Below, piece after piece: positions 36,854 through 45,769 of a stretch of DNA of 64,000 bases. The translations under genes and the position numbers were made by a program. The notes under the pieces were generated by a model. That model was not told the DNA's origin. It searched no databases and saw nothing but the letters and a program-made list of their open reading frames with translations. Origin of the DNA: an uncultured bacterium (lineage in GTDB: Bacteria; Acidobacteriota; JAQAZP01); assembly GCA_965531145.1 (NCBI GenBank), contig CBESOE010000007.1, forward strand, positions 36-64,035, read 5' to 3'. Numbering within the stretch: the stretch's first letter is position 1; every line of letters begins with the position of its first letter.

Positions 36854-37096
36854 TTAACGATCCCTGCCGATTTTTCTACGCAGTCCATACAGACCGGCAA
36901 TGCCACTGCCCAGGAGAATCATCGTCGCCGGTTCGGGGACCGGGGTCGGTGATGCATGGGTAGGCCGCTTTGAGCCGCCAGGGCCGGTCTGGTTGCCGAA
37001 TCCGTCATAACTGTCTGCCATCACCACTGTTTGACCGATCAGGAGAATCCCCAGAACCAGTAACAGCACCATCATGAGTTGATGCGAATGACTCAT
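36854..37096 (-). CDS. PEP-CTERM sorting-domain micro-protein (80 aa; mature region about 27 aa)
   Basis: Signal peptide MSHSHQLMMVLLLVLGILLIGQTVVMA, then DSYDGFGNQTGPGGSKRPTHASPTPV. The C-terminus is VPEPATMILLGSGIAGLYGLRRKIGRDR: PEP motif, TM helix and an Arg/Lys cluster. RBS GGAGGACAGAG lies immediately upstream of the ATG at 37096. The longer 164-codon ORF in the track starts at a GTG and is rejected. Confidence 0.7.
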   Translation of the reverse strand: MSHSHQLMMVLLLVLGILLIGQTVVMADSYDGFGNQTGPGGSKRPTHASPTPVPEPATMILLGSGIAGLYGLRRKIGRDR

Positions 37097-37174
37097 CTCT
37101 GTCCTCCCCGTGGTCCGCTTTTGATGAGTGATTGCGGACTCGTCGAGATCGATCAATACCCGCTCAGTCAACAC

Positions 37175-37190
37175 TGCAACCCTCGTGCCA
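37175..37190 (-). promoter_or_regulatory. Sigma-54 (RpoN) -24/-12 promoter TGGCACGagggTTGCA upstream of the PEP-CTERM micro-protein
   Basis: The minus strand reads TGGCACG-N4-TTGCA, a full match to the sigma-54 consensus (TGGCACG-N4-TTGCW). It lies about 80 nt upstream of the ATG at 37096. Confidence 0.55.
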
Positions 37191-37344
37191 ATTGATCTAC
37201 CAATGTAATCTATTGCAAGAAAGTGGCTTGTTGACTTCGGGCAATTCCGTTCCACCCGGATTCGCTTCCCAGCAGGAAAAGATTTTCCATCGGGAGTTGG
37301 AAAAATAGTTCCGTCGATGAATCGTCGTTGTCCCACCTGATTGT

Positions 37345-38102
37345 TCACGGCGAGGTGCTGTCGGGGCTCGAGGAGGGGGACACGGTGATCGTGCAGCCGG
37401 TGATCAGGGCATCGGAGCCGTCCGAACAGGAGATGCCGCCGGCACCATGCGGGGAACCGTATTCCGGCCTGGTGCCGCGGATGGTGCAGCCGATGATTTC
37501 CGGGGAGGAATCATTGCAGAAGATGGCACCGGCGTATGAAGTTTGAAAAAGAGCGATGTTGTCCTCGATCACGCAGTTTTCGATCAGCGCATCGGCGTTG
37601 TAATAGCAGAGAATAGCCAAACCAGGGCCCCTGGCGCTGCAGTCCGTGATGACGCAATCTTTGATAGTGGGCGACGCCACGTAACAATTGATGCCGCCCC
37701 CACCGCCATTTGTCCACAGGTGTGCGAAATCGTCAACCAGGCCGTTTTTATGGTGAATCCCTCAACCACCGAATCCCGGCCTTCGCCGTTGTGGAAGTAA
37801 AATCCCCGGTGCTGATCTGAAACAGTGCCGTCGCAGTCGATGATGCAGGTTTCCGCGCCGTTCCCGGAGCGGACCGTGATCGCCCTGCCCTGGAAATCGA
37901 GGTCCCGGTTGCCCGGGCCTTCGTATACACCGTCAGCCACCAGCACGGTGTCTCCATTCACCGCAGCGTCAATGCCGGCCTGGATGGTGGACTGATCGGC
38001 CGGGACACGGATCTCGGCGGCCAGGGTGGCGGGGGAGTGAAGGAGGAGAAGAGTGAGTGAATAAAATGCGGCCCATTTCATGCGCTGCGCACACATTGTC
38101 AA
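37345..38102 (-). pseudogene. Secreted right-handed parallel beta-helix repeat protein interrupted by a -1 frameshift in an A5/T5 homopolymer (or a sequencing error)
   Basis: The N-terminal part (38102 down to about 37750) and the C-terminal part (37761 down to 37345) are in different frames. Both carry beta-helix repeats (GFTIK..; ASPTIKDCVITDC; ALIENCVIEDN; IIGCTIRG; ALITGCTIT). The frames rejoin if one A is added to the cataaaaacggc tract (plus-strand T5 at 37745-37749). Signal peptide MKWAAFYSLTLLLLHSPATLAAE. Confidence 0.55.
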
Positions 38103-38346
38103 AACCTCCCTGATTTTCGTCTATTCCTGCCAGGAAATCTATTGTCAGCCATTGTACATGAATCAATCAGATCCGTTGAAGAGGAAATTTATGACAATTA
38201 TCTGAAGAATAAATTTCTGGTTCGGTGGCGGGCAAGTGATGATATAATTCCCGTTCACGCCGTGGTTGCCCATCTGTGACCGAGCGTTGCCGGGGAATGG
38301 TCCGGGCAGCGCCTTGGCCCGATTTCTATTTCACTGGAGTTTTGTC

Positions 38347-41300
38347 ATGCGTAACAGCTTTGTCCAGCGGTTGGCCCTCGGCCTGCTGCTCATCCCCATC
38401 CTGGCCTGTCTGGTGGTCGTCTTCGTCAACGAGAGCGGAGGCGCTGAGCCGGAAATCGTGTCTGCCACCGCTCCGGCGGTTCCCATGCTCGGCAAAAACC
38501 CCTCGCCCACGGAGATCGTCCAGTGGAAGCAGGACCGCAAGGAGTTCAAGCGGGAGCGGGAAGAGTGGCTGGAAAGCCTGCACTATGCCGCGCCGGGCAC
38601 CGACTGGAAGGCCATCGAGGCAAGCAACCGGCTGAACAACATCCAGCGCCGGCAGGAACTGGACGCAGCGCAGAGCCGGGGAGCAGCGCCGGTACGGGGA
38701 ACCCAGTGGAACGAGGTGGGCAGCAACAACCAGGCTGGCCGCACCCGCTGGTCGGCCTGGAGCCCGGATGACGACATCCTCTACGTCGGTTCGGACAACG
38801 GCGGTGTCTGGAAGGGAAACCTCAACGGCAGCAGCTGGCAGCCGATCAGCGACGACATCGGCTACGGCGCCAACCAGGTCTATGTCACCCCGGGCAGCCC
38901 CAAGGTGATTACCTACTGCGGCTACAACGGTGAGATCTATTTCAGCACCAATGAGGGCAACACCTGGACCGAGCCCGGCGGCTTCGAAAGCGAAGACCTC
39001 TGGGAGATCGTCCGCATCGTTCTCGATCAGGGCAGCCCGAGAACGCTCTACCTGATGGCCCGGGGCGACCACGAGACCCACGGCACCGGTTTCCACCTCT
39101 ACCGCTCCACCGACGGCGGCCTGAATTACAGCTATGTTTACGACGCGGGCAACTGGCCCCGCGCCGACATCTGGATCGACCGGGTGGCCCCCGGCCCGCT
39201 CTACATGATGGTGGGCCCCACCATGTTCGTCTCCGACAACGGGGGCAGCAGTTTCACCGAACTGGGCACCGCCCCGGTGCAGGCGGCCTACGTGGAGCTG
39301 GCCGGCTCCGAGGCCGGGGCGCCCACCTTCTACGCGGCCCTGCGAACCAACAGCGGCAGCTGGCGGATGTACCGCTCCACCGACGGCGGGATGAACTGGC
39401 AGGACCGGCACGCGATCAACGATTTCTGGGAGAACGTCGGCGCCTCGATCACTGATCCAGACCTGGTTCTCTTTGCCGGGGTGGAGGTCTGGCGTTCCAC
39501 CGACGGCGCCGGCAACTTCTCCATCGTCAATGGCTGGGGTGAGTATTACGGCGACCCGGAGAACAAGCTGCACGCCGACAACCCCAGCATGCAGACCCTC
39601 TGGATCGACGGCCAGGAGGTCTTCCTGATCAACACCGACGGTGGCTCCTACAAGTCATACGACGGTGTGGAGACGGTACAGAACATCTCGCTCTCGGGCC
39701 TGGGCATCAGCCAGTACTACGACATCTTCACCAGCGCCACCGACCCCTACCTGGTGGCCGCCGGCGCCCAGGACCAGGGCTACCAGGTCTCCAACCCGGA
39801 CGAGACCAGGGATCCCTTCCTCAACTTCGACCAGATCATCAGCGGCGACTACGGCCACCTGACCTCCACCAACCGCAACCACAACTTCCTCTTCAGCGTC
39901 TACCCGGGGTTCATCCTGGTTCAGGTCACCGAGGAATACCGGAACACCTGGGGTCTGGACTTTCCTTCCGGCGCCACCTACAACGCCTGGATGCCCCCGC
40001 TGCTGGCCGATCCGCTGGACGAGTACAACTTCTACTTCTGTGCCGACCACCTCTGGTACTACGACCGGATCGACCAGTCCAGAGACTACAGCATGACCGA
40101 ACTGCCCTACGATTTCGCCGCCGACGGCGGCTCGTTCGTCTCCGGGCTGGCCATCTCCCCGGCAGACAACAACCGCTGGTATACGGTGGGCAATGCCGGT
40201 AACTTCTGGTATTCCAGTGACGGTGGTGTCAACTGGACAATGTCCGAGGACACCGGCCCGGGAAACAGCTACCTCTACGGCACCTCGATCATCGCCTCGC
40301 CCACCGACCCGCTCACCTGCTGGGCCGGGGGCAGCGGCTACGACAACCCGGCGGTCTACCGCACCATCGACGGCGGGGTGACCTGGGAGGCCATGGGTGC
40401 GGGGCTGCCCTCCACCCTGGTCTACATGCTGGCCTTTGACAACGAACGGGACCAGCGGATCTTTGCCGCCACCGAGGCCGGGCCCTACGAGTTCGACACC
40501 TACACCCGGACCTGGTCCAGCATTCTCGGCACCGAGGCACCACTCACCACCTACTGGGCGGTTGAAGGGGTGCCCGAGCTGGGCGTGGTCCGTTTCGGCA
40601 CCTACGGCCGGGGCATCTGGGACTACACGCCCGAACCGACGATCAACACCGGTGTCCTCACCGGCGCCGGGCCGGCCTATGACAACCCGCCCCGGGTGCA
40701 CCTCTTCCCGCCGGAGGACGGTGCCGAGCCGGCCTACTCATTCACGGCGTACGGTGCTGACCATTACGGCGCCAATGTGGCCGCCGGTGATGTGACCGGC
40801 GATGGTTTCGACGAAGTTATCACCGGCGCTGGGCCGGGGGACATTTTCGGTCCCCATGTCCGCGGATTCACCGTGGCCGGGGCCCCGATCCCCGGGCTCA
40901 GTTTCCTCGCCTACGGCACCAACAAATACGGGGTGAACGTGGCGGCCGGGGATATCGACGCCGATGGCTATGACGAGGTGATCACCGGCGCCGGTCCGGG
41001 CGCCGTCTTCGGCCCCCACGTGCGGGCCTTCGACTACGATGGGACTCCCGGTGTCACCTCGGTCTCCGGGGTGAGTTACTTTGCCTACGGGACGCTCAAA
41101 TATGGCGTCAACGTGGCTGCCGGCGACCTGGACGGTGACGGCTATGACGAGATCGTCACCGGCGCCGGCCCGGGCGCGGTGTTCGGACCCCACGTGCGCG
41201 GCTGGAATGTGGACGGCGGGCCGGCAACCTCCATGTCCGGGGTCAGCTACTTCGCCTACGGGACACTGAAGTACGGTGTCAACGTGGCCTGCGGCGATGT

Positions 41301-41652
41301 GGATGGCGACGGCATCGACGAGATTATCACTGCGCCCGGCCCCTCGGGGTACTTTGCGGCGCACATCCGCGGCTGGAATGTGGACGGTGGGGCGGTAACC
41401 CCACTACCCGGCTTCAACCTCTTTGCCTGGCCGGCCGAGGAAGCGCTGTTCGGAGCCAACGTGGCTTCGGGTACCGACCTGGATGGCGACGGCCGCCATG
41501 AAGTGGTGGTGGGCGCCGGCCCGGACCTCAACGCCGGGTCACCGGTGCGGGTGTTCCGCTACAGCGGTTCCGAGTTGGAGCAGCTGTTCGATCTCCAGGC
41601 CTTCGCCGATGGCTGGACCGCCGGTGCCACCGTGGCAACCGGTCGGTTCTGA
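38347..41652 (+). CDS. Large secreted BNR/Asp-box repeat plus FG-GAP repeat protein
   Basis: Signal/TM N-terminus. At least six Asp-box-like S-x-D-G-G-x-(N/T)-W motifs (YRSTDGGLNY, YRSTDGGMNW, WRSTDGAGNF, YSSDGGVNW, YRTIDGGVTW, FSTNEGNTW). The C-terminus has six tandem FG-GAP-like repeats (YG(A/V)NVAAGD(V/I/L)DGDG.DE(V/I)(I/V)TGAGPG..FGPHVR). The start is taken at the ATG at 38347. Confidence 0.75.
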   Translation: MRNSFVQRLALGLLLIPILACLVVVFVNESGGAEPEIVSATAPAVPMLGKNPSPTEIVQWKQDRKEFKREREEWLESLHYAAPGTDWKAIEASNRLNNIQRRQELDAAQSRGAAPVRGTQWNEVGSNNQAGRTRWSAWSPDDDILYVGSDNGGVWKGNLNGSSWQPISDDIGYGANQVYVTPGSPKVITYCGYNGEIYFSTNEGNTWTEPGGFESEDLWEIVRIVLDQGSPRTLYLMARGDHETHGTGFHLYRSTDGGLNYSYVYDAGNWPRADIWIDRVAPGPLYMMVGPTMFVSDNGGSSFTELGTAPVQAAYVELAGSEAGAPTFYAALRTNSGSWRMYRSTDGGMNWQDRHAINDFWENVGASITDPDLVLFAGVEVWRSTDGAGNFSIVNGWGEYYGDPENKLHADNPSMQTLWIDGQEVFLINTDGGSYKSYDGVETVQNISLSGLGISQYYDIFTSATDPYLVAAGAQDQGYQVSNPDETRDPFLNFDQIISGDYGHLTSTNRNHNFLFSVYPGFILVQVTEEYRNTWGLDFPSGATYNAWMPPLLADPLDEYNFYFCADHLWYYDRIDQSRDYSMTELPYDFAADGGSFVSGLAISPADNNRWYTVGNAGNFWYSSDGGVNWTMSEDTGPGNSYLYGTSIIASPTDPLTCWAGGSGYDNPAVYRTIDGGVTWEAMGAGLPSTLVYMLAFDNERDQRIFAATEAGPYEFDTYTRTWSSILGTEAPLTTYWAVEGVPELGVVRFGTYGRGIWDYTPEPTINTGVLTGAGPAYDNPPRVHLFPPEDGAEPAYSFTAYGADHYGANVAAGDVTGDGFDEVITGAGPGDIFGPHVRGFTVAGAPIPGLSFLAYGTNKYGVNVAAGDIDADGYDEVITGAGPGAVFGPHVRAFDYDGTPGVTSVSGVSYFAYGTLKYGVNVAAGDLDGDGYDEIVTGAGPGAVFGPHVRGWNVDGGPATSMSGVSYFAYGTLKYGVNVACGDVDGDGIDEIITAPGPSGYFAAHIRGWNVDGGAVTPLPGFNLFAWPAEEALFGANVASGTDLDGDGRHEVVVGAGPDLNAGSPVRVFRYSGSELEQLFDLQAFADGWTAGATVATGRF

Positions 41653-42872
41653 TGTTCGCGCGGAAGGCGGGTGCCCCAGCCTGGCTACCGCTGTTCTTCC
41701 TGCTGGTGTTGAACACCGGCTGTTCGGAGGAAATTCCGTCCGTCCACTCCCCGGAGGCGTCCGGGGAACAGCCCTCAGCCCTTGCTCCGCCGGTCCGGGA
41801 GATGGGTGGGGACGGGGTGGAAATCCGCCATGCCTCCCAGTTCACCGTGACCAGCCACCCCTGCGGCAAGGAGGTGGCGGTGAGAGTCCCCTGGCGCCCG
41901 CCAGAGGATCCGCTGCACTACCTGCTGGTGCCCCGGGGTGGTGAAGTGCCCGAGCGGTTTGCCGGTCACCGGGTGGTGGAGGTGCCGGTGCGCCGGGTGG
42001 TGGCCCTCTCCACCACCTACCTCGCCCACATGGAAAGCCTCGGCCTGCTGGATACCCTGGTGGGTCTGGCCAATTTCAATCACGTCTGTTCACCGGCCAT
42101 GCGGCAGCGTATCGCCCAGGGCACCCTGGCCGAGGTGGGGGAGAACCTGGCGGTCAACGTGGAGCTGCTCATCGATCTGGACCCGGACCTGATCCTCGGC
42201 TACGGCATCGGGGTCGCCGAGGATGACAACCACCCGGCGCTGTTCGAGGCCGGTCTGGACGTGGTGCTGACCACCGAATTCCTCGAACCCACGCCCCTGG
42301 CCCGGGCCGAGTGGATCAAGTTCATCGCCCTCTTCTTCGATCGGGAGGCCGAGGCGGAAACGCGGTTCGACTATCTTGAACAGAGTTACCTGGAACTTCA
42401 GGGCCTGGCCAGCGAAGCCGGATCCCGTCCCAGCGTTCTGCTCAACGCCGATTTCCAGGGGGTCTGGTACATGCCCGGAGGCCGGTCATACATGGCCACC
42501 CTGCTGCACCATGCCGGGGCCAGCTACATCTGGGATGACGACACCACCAGCACCACCACGGCCTACGACGCCGAATCGGTGTTCGAACGGGGGGCCAATG
42601 CCGAGTTCTGGCTCAACCCGGGGCAGGCGCGTTCTCTTGACGAGCTGCTCTCCCTGGACCAGCGCTATTCCTTCTTCGATGCGGTGAAGCAGTGCCGGAT
42701 CTACAACTGCACCGCCCGCCTGGGCCCCGGAGGCGGCAATGACATCTGGGAGACCGGGGTGGCCAATCCCCACCTGGTGCTGGCCGATCTGGTACGGATC
42801 TTCCATCCTGACCTGTTGCCGGATCATGAATTGATCTGGTACCATCACCTCGAATGTCCCGATACCAATTGA
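41652..42872 (+). CDS. ABC transporter periplasmic binding lipoprotein, class III (FecB/BtuF/heme-type)
   Basis: Lipoprotein signal LNTGCSEE. Peripla_BP_2-like RVVALSTTYLAHMESLGLLDTLVG motif. Confidence 0.7.
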   Translation: MFARKAGAPAWLPLFFLLVLNTGCSEEIPSVHSPEASGEQPSALAPPVREMGGDGVEIRHASQFTVTSHPCGKEVAVRVPWRPPEDPLHYLLVPRGGEVPERFAGHRVVEVPVRRVVALSTTYLAHMESLGLLDTLVGLANFNHVCSPAMRQRIAQGTLAEVGENLAVNVELLIDLDPDLILGYGIGVAEDDNHPALFEAGLDVVLTTEFLEPTPLARAEWIKFIALFFDREAEAETRFDYLEQSYLELQGLASEAGSRPSVLLNADFQGVWYMPGGRSYMATLLHHAGASYIWDDDTTSTTTAYDAESVFERGANAEFWLNPGQARSLDELLSLDQRYSFFDAVKQCRIYNCTARLGPGGGNDIWETGVANPHLVLADLVRIFHPDLLPDHELIWYHHLECPDTN

Positions 42873-42890
42873 CCAGACAGAGGTGACCCA

Positions 42891-43970
42891 GTGTCCGAGC
42901 CCGGTGCCGTCAGTGCCCCTGCCCCCTCCCGTCGCGGATGGCCGGTGCTCGGTATGCTCTTCGGCGCGCTCTGCCTGGTGTTTGCCCTCGACCTGGCGCT
43001 GGGGTCCGTTCGTATTCCCCTGGGCGACATCATCTCCGTTCTTTGTGGCGGCGGAGCGGGCAAGGAGAGCTGGGAGCAGATCGTCCTGGCCTACCGGCTG
43101 CCGCGGGCGATCACCGCCATGCTGAGTGGTGCCGGTCTCGCCGTGGCCGGCCTGCAGATGCAGACCCTGTTCCGCAACCCGCTGGCCGGACCCTTCGTTC
43201 TCGGCATCAATGCCGGGGCCAGCCTCGGTGTGGCTGCGGCGGTGCTGGCCGCCGGGGGCCTCGCCGGTGCGGGGTTGATCTCCGGTCTGAGCCTGTTCGG
43301 CTCTCTGGGGGCGGTGGTTTCGGCCACCCTCGGATCGGCACTGGTCTTCGGTATGATCGTCCTGGTTTCCCGCCGGGTGGAGAGCAACATGACCCTGTTG
43401 ATTCTGGGGCTGATGTTTGGCCACACCACCGGAGCGGCGGTGAGCGTACTGCTGCACTTCAGCGCTGCCGAGCAGATCCGGGTCTACGTGGCCTGGACTT
43501 TCGGCAGCTTTGCCGGAGTGGGGTGGGAGCAGCTGCAGGTGCTGTCCCCGGCGGTGCTGGCCGGCCTGGCCGCCGCCTTTCTGCTGGTCAAACCGCTCAA
43601 CGCCCTGCTCCTCGGCGAGGCCTATGCCCGGAGCATGGGACTCACCGTGAGCCGGGCGCGACTGGCCGTGCTGGCCGGCACCTCGTTGCTGGCCGGATCG
43701 ATCACCGCTTTTTGCGGGCCCATCGCTTTTCTCGGTGTGGCCGTGCCACACCTCTGCCGGGGGTTGCTCGATACATCGGACCACCGGCTGCTGGTGCCCG
43801 CGGTGACCCTGGCCGGGGCAACACTGGCCCTCACCGCCGACCTGGTGGCCCAGCTGCCCGGCAGCCAGGCCGTGTTGCCGCTCAACGCCGTGACGTCGCT
43901 GATCGGTGCCCCGGTGATCATCTGGGTCATCCTTCAGCGGGCCAACCTGAGGTCGACGTTCGCCTCATGA
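42891..43970 (+). CDS. FecCD-family ABC permease (BtuC/FhuB-like)
   Basis: 9-10 TM helices with FecCD signature regions (RNPLAGPFVLGINAGASLG; ...PIAFLGVAVPHL). Confidence 0.85.
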   Translation: MSEPGAVSAPAPSRRGWPVLGMLFGALCLVFALDLALGSVRIPLGDIISVLCGGGAGKESWEQIVLAYRLPRAITAMLSGAGLAVAGLQMQTLFRNPLAGPFVLGINAGASLGVAAAVLAAGGLAGAGLISGLSLFGSLGAVVSATLGSALVFGMIVLVSRRVESNMTLLILGLMFGHTTGAAVSVLLHFSAAEQIRVYVAWTFGSFAGVGWEQLQVLSPAVLAGLAAAFLLVKPLNALLLGEAYARSMGLTVSRARLAVLAGTSLLAGSITAFCGPIAFLGVAVPHLCRGLLDTSDHRLLVPAVTLAGATLALTADLVAQLPGSQAVLPLNAVTSLIGAPVIIWVILQRANLRSTFAS

Positions 43971-45025
43971 GCCAACCCATACTTCAGACTGAAAACCTGG
44001 ACATCGGCTACCGCCGTCGGCGGGGACCGGTGTTCACCGTGGCCGCGGGGATAAACGTCTCCCTGGAGGCGGGGGAGTGTGTCTGCCTGGTGGGGCCTAA
44101 CGGAGCGGGCAAATCGACGCTGCTCAAGACCCTGTCCGGCATGCTGCGGCCATTGGGCGGCCGGGTGCTGGCCGGCGGTGACCCGGTGCACAATCTGCGG
44201 CCGCTGGAACTGGCCCGGCGTCTCAGTGTGGTGCTCACCGACCGGGTCCAGGCAGGGACGCTCTCCGCCTACGGCCTGGTGGCCCTGGGCCGTTATCCCT
44301 ACACCGGCTGGACCGGCAGGCTCAGCGCCCACGACGAGGAACGGGTGCGCACCGCCATGTCGGCGGTGGGCGCCGCTGAACTGGCACCGCGCAGCGTGCT
44401 GGAACTGTCCGACGGTGAACGGCAGAAGGTGATGATCGCCCGGGCCCTGGCCCAGGACCCGGAAGTGATGATCCTCGATGAGCCCACCGCCTTTCTCGAT
44501 CTTCCCCGGCGGGTGGAGGTGCTGCGCCTGCTCCGTGACCTGGCACACCGGAAATCCCGGGCGATCCTTCTTTCCACCCACGACCTCGACCTGGCTCTGC
44601 GCACCGCCGACCACATCTGGGTCCTCTCCCGGGGGGGCCTGCTCCGCTGCGGTGTACCGGAGGACCTGGTACTGGACGGTGCCTTCGAGACGGCCTTCCA
44701 GAGCGAGGGCGTCGAGTTCAACCGCGAGACCGGCAGTTTCCAGGTCAGCGGCGAGGCGGAGACCACGGTGGCGGTGTGCGGGGATGGGGCGGTCCGGCGC
44801 TGGACCGTGCGCGGCCTGGAGCGGGCCGGACTGCGGGCGGTGAGCGGGGAAGAGGCTGCCACGGCCGTGTTCAGGGTCGAGGTGACTCCGGAGGAAAACA
44901 CGGTGGCCTGGCGGCTGACCCATGATGGCCAGGTGGCCGAGGGCCGCACTGTGGAAGCCCTGCTGATCGAGGTGCGCCAGGTCAGGTGGGCTGTCCCTCC
45001 TTCAGAAGAGCGCTCATCGCCTTGA
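43967..45025 (+). CDS. ABC transporter ATP-binding protein (FecE/BtuD-like) with a C-terminal extension of about 100 aa
   Basis: Walker A GPNGAGKSTLL. Signature LSDGERQKVMIARAL. Walker B ILDEPTAFLD. The ATG at 43967 overlaps the permease stop (ATGA). The ORF track fuses it to an upstream out-of-frame stretch. Confidence 0.8.
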   Translation: MSQPILQTENLDIGYRRRRGPVFTVAAGINVSLEAGECVCLVGPNGAGKSTLLKTLSGMLRPLGGRVLAGGDPVHNLRPLELARRLSVVLTDRVQAGTLSAYGLVALGRYPYTGWTGRLSAHDEERVRTAMSAVGAAELAPRSVLELSDGERQKVMIARALAQDPEVMILDEPTAFLDLPRRVEVLRLLRDLAHRKSRAILLSTHDLDLALRTADHIWVLSRGGLLRCGVPEDLVLDGAFETAFQSEGVEFNRETGSFQVSGEAETTVAVCGDGAVRRWTVRGLERAGLRAVSGEEAATAVFRVEVTPEENTVAWRLTHDGQVAEGRTVEALLIEVRQVRWAVPPSEERSSP

Positions 45026-45575
45026 ACCCCGGGTGACTGGTGTCACGGGCCCACTCGAATCCCACCGACTCGTGGTTGGTCAGCACCGCCCCGGCCTGCT
45101 GCATCCGGTCCAGGGCGTGGCGGCGGTATTCCTCACCGCGGCCACTGATACACTCCCAGCAGAGATGCACCTGGTTCCCCGCACGCAGCAGTTCGATCAC
45201 CGTCTGCATCACGCAGACATGGGCCTCGATGCCGGCCACCACGATTTGCCGCTGCTCCACCGGCACACCGGGGCGTAACTGCTGGAGAAGCTTTTCGAAA
45301 TTATCGTCGCCACAGCAGCCAAAGGCGGTCTTGTCCAAATAGCGGTGCTCGGTCTCAAGTCGGTCAAAGACCGCCTGCACCTCGGGGTGGGTTGGTCCCA
45401 GCCCCCGGGGATACTGTTCGGTGAGCAGTACCGGCACGCGGTAGATGTCGGCAAAGCTGAGCAGCCTGTTGGTCGCTTCGATCACCAGTGCTGGTCGGTG
45501 GATCATATCCATCAGTTTGCCCTGCAGGTCGATGACCAGCACGATGCTTCGTTTGAGGTCGAGTAGATCGGACAT
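44982..45575 (-). CDS. Isochorismatase-family (cysteine) hydrolase
   Basis: VLVIDLQ N-terminal motif and the catalytic Cys region (IVVAGIEAHVCVMQT). RBS AGGAGA before the ATG at 45575. Confidence 0.7.
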   Translation of the reverse strand: MSDLLDLKRSIVLVIDLQGKLMDMIHRPALVIEATNRLLSFADIYRVPVLLTEQYPRGLGPTHPEVQAVFDRLETEHRYLDKTAFGCCGDDNFEKLLQQLRPGVPVEQRQIVVAGIEAHVCVMQTVIELLRAGNQVHLCWECISGRGEEYRRHALDRMQQAGAVLTNHESVGFEWARDTSHPGFKAMSALLKEGQPT

Positions 45576-45769
45576 TGTTATCAATCTCCTGGATTGCAGA
45601 ATGACAGAGTCAGGGGTGGCTGCTGCACGGTCGGCTGCACCCGTGCCGTCGAAAGTGGAGTACATTGTACACACCCCTCCACTCCGGTGGAACAGACTGT
45701 GCTTTGTATAGAGGGGGATGTCCGGCGGCGGACGGCTCGGTGCCCTCCGCCGCTGGTTGACTTTCCGGG

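Noticed and set aside
36854-37348. 164-codon ORF that would place about 85 residues N-terminal to the PEP-CTERM protein
   Set aside because: It starts at a GTG overlapping the upstream stop. The extension runs through low-GC sequence containing a sigma-54 promoter. An internal ATG at 37096 has a perfect RBS and a classical signal peptide immediately after it. The short form is far more plausible.
42938-45025. 695-aa ORF fusing the FecCD permease region with the ABC ATPase
   Set aside because: The N-terminal 343 codons are an alternative frame of the permease gene with Arg/Pro-rich composition. The real ATPase starts at 43967 (MSQPILQ), overlapping the permease stop.
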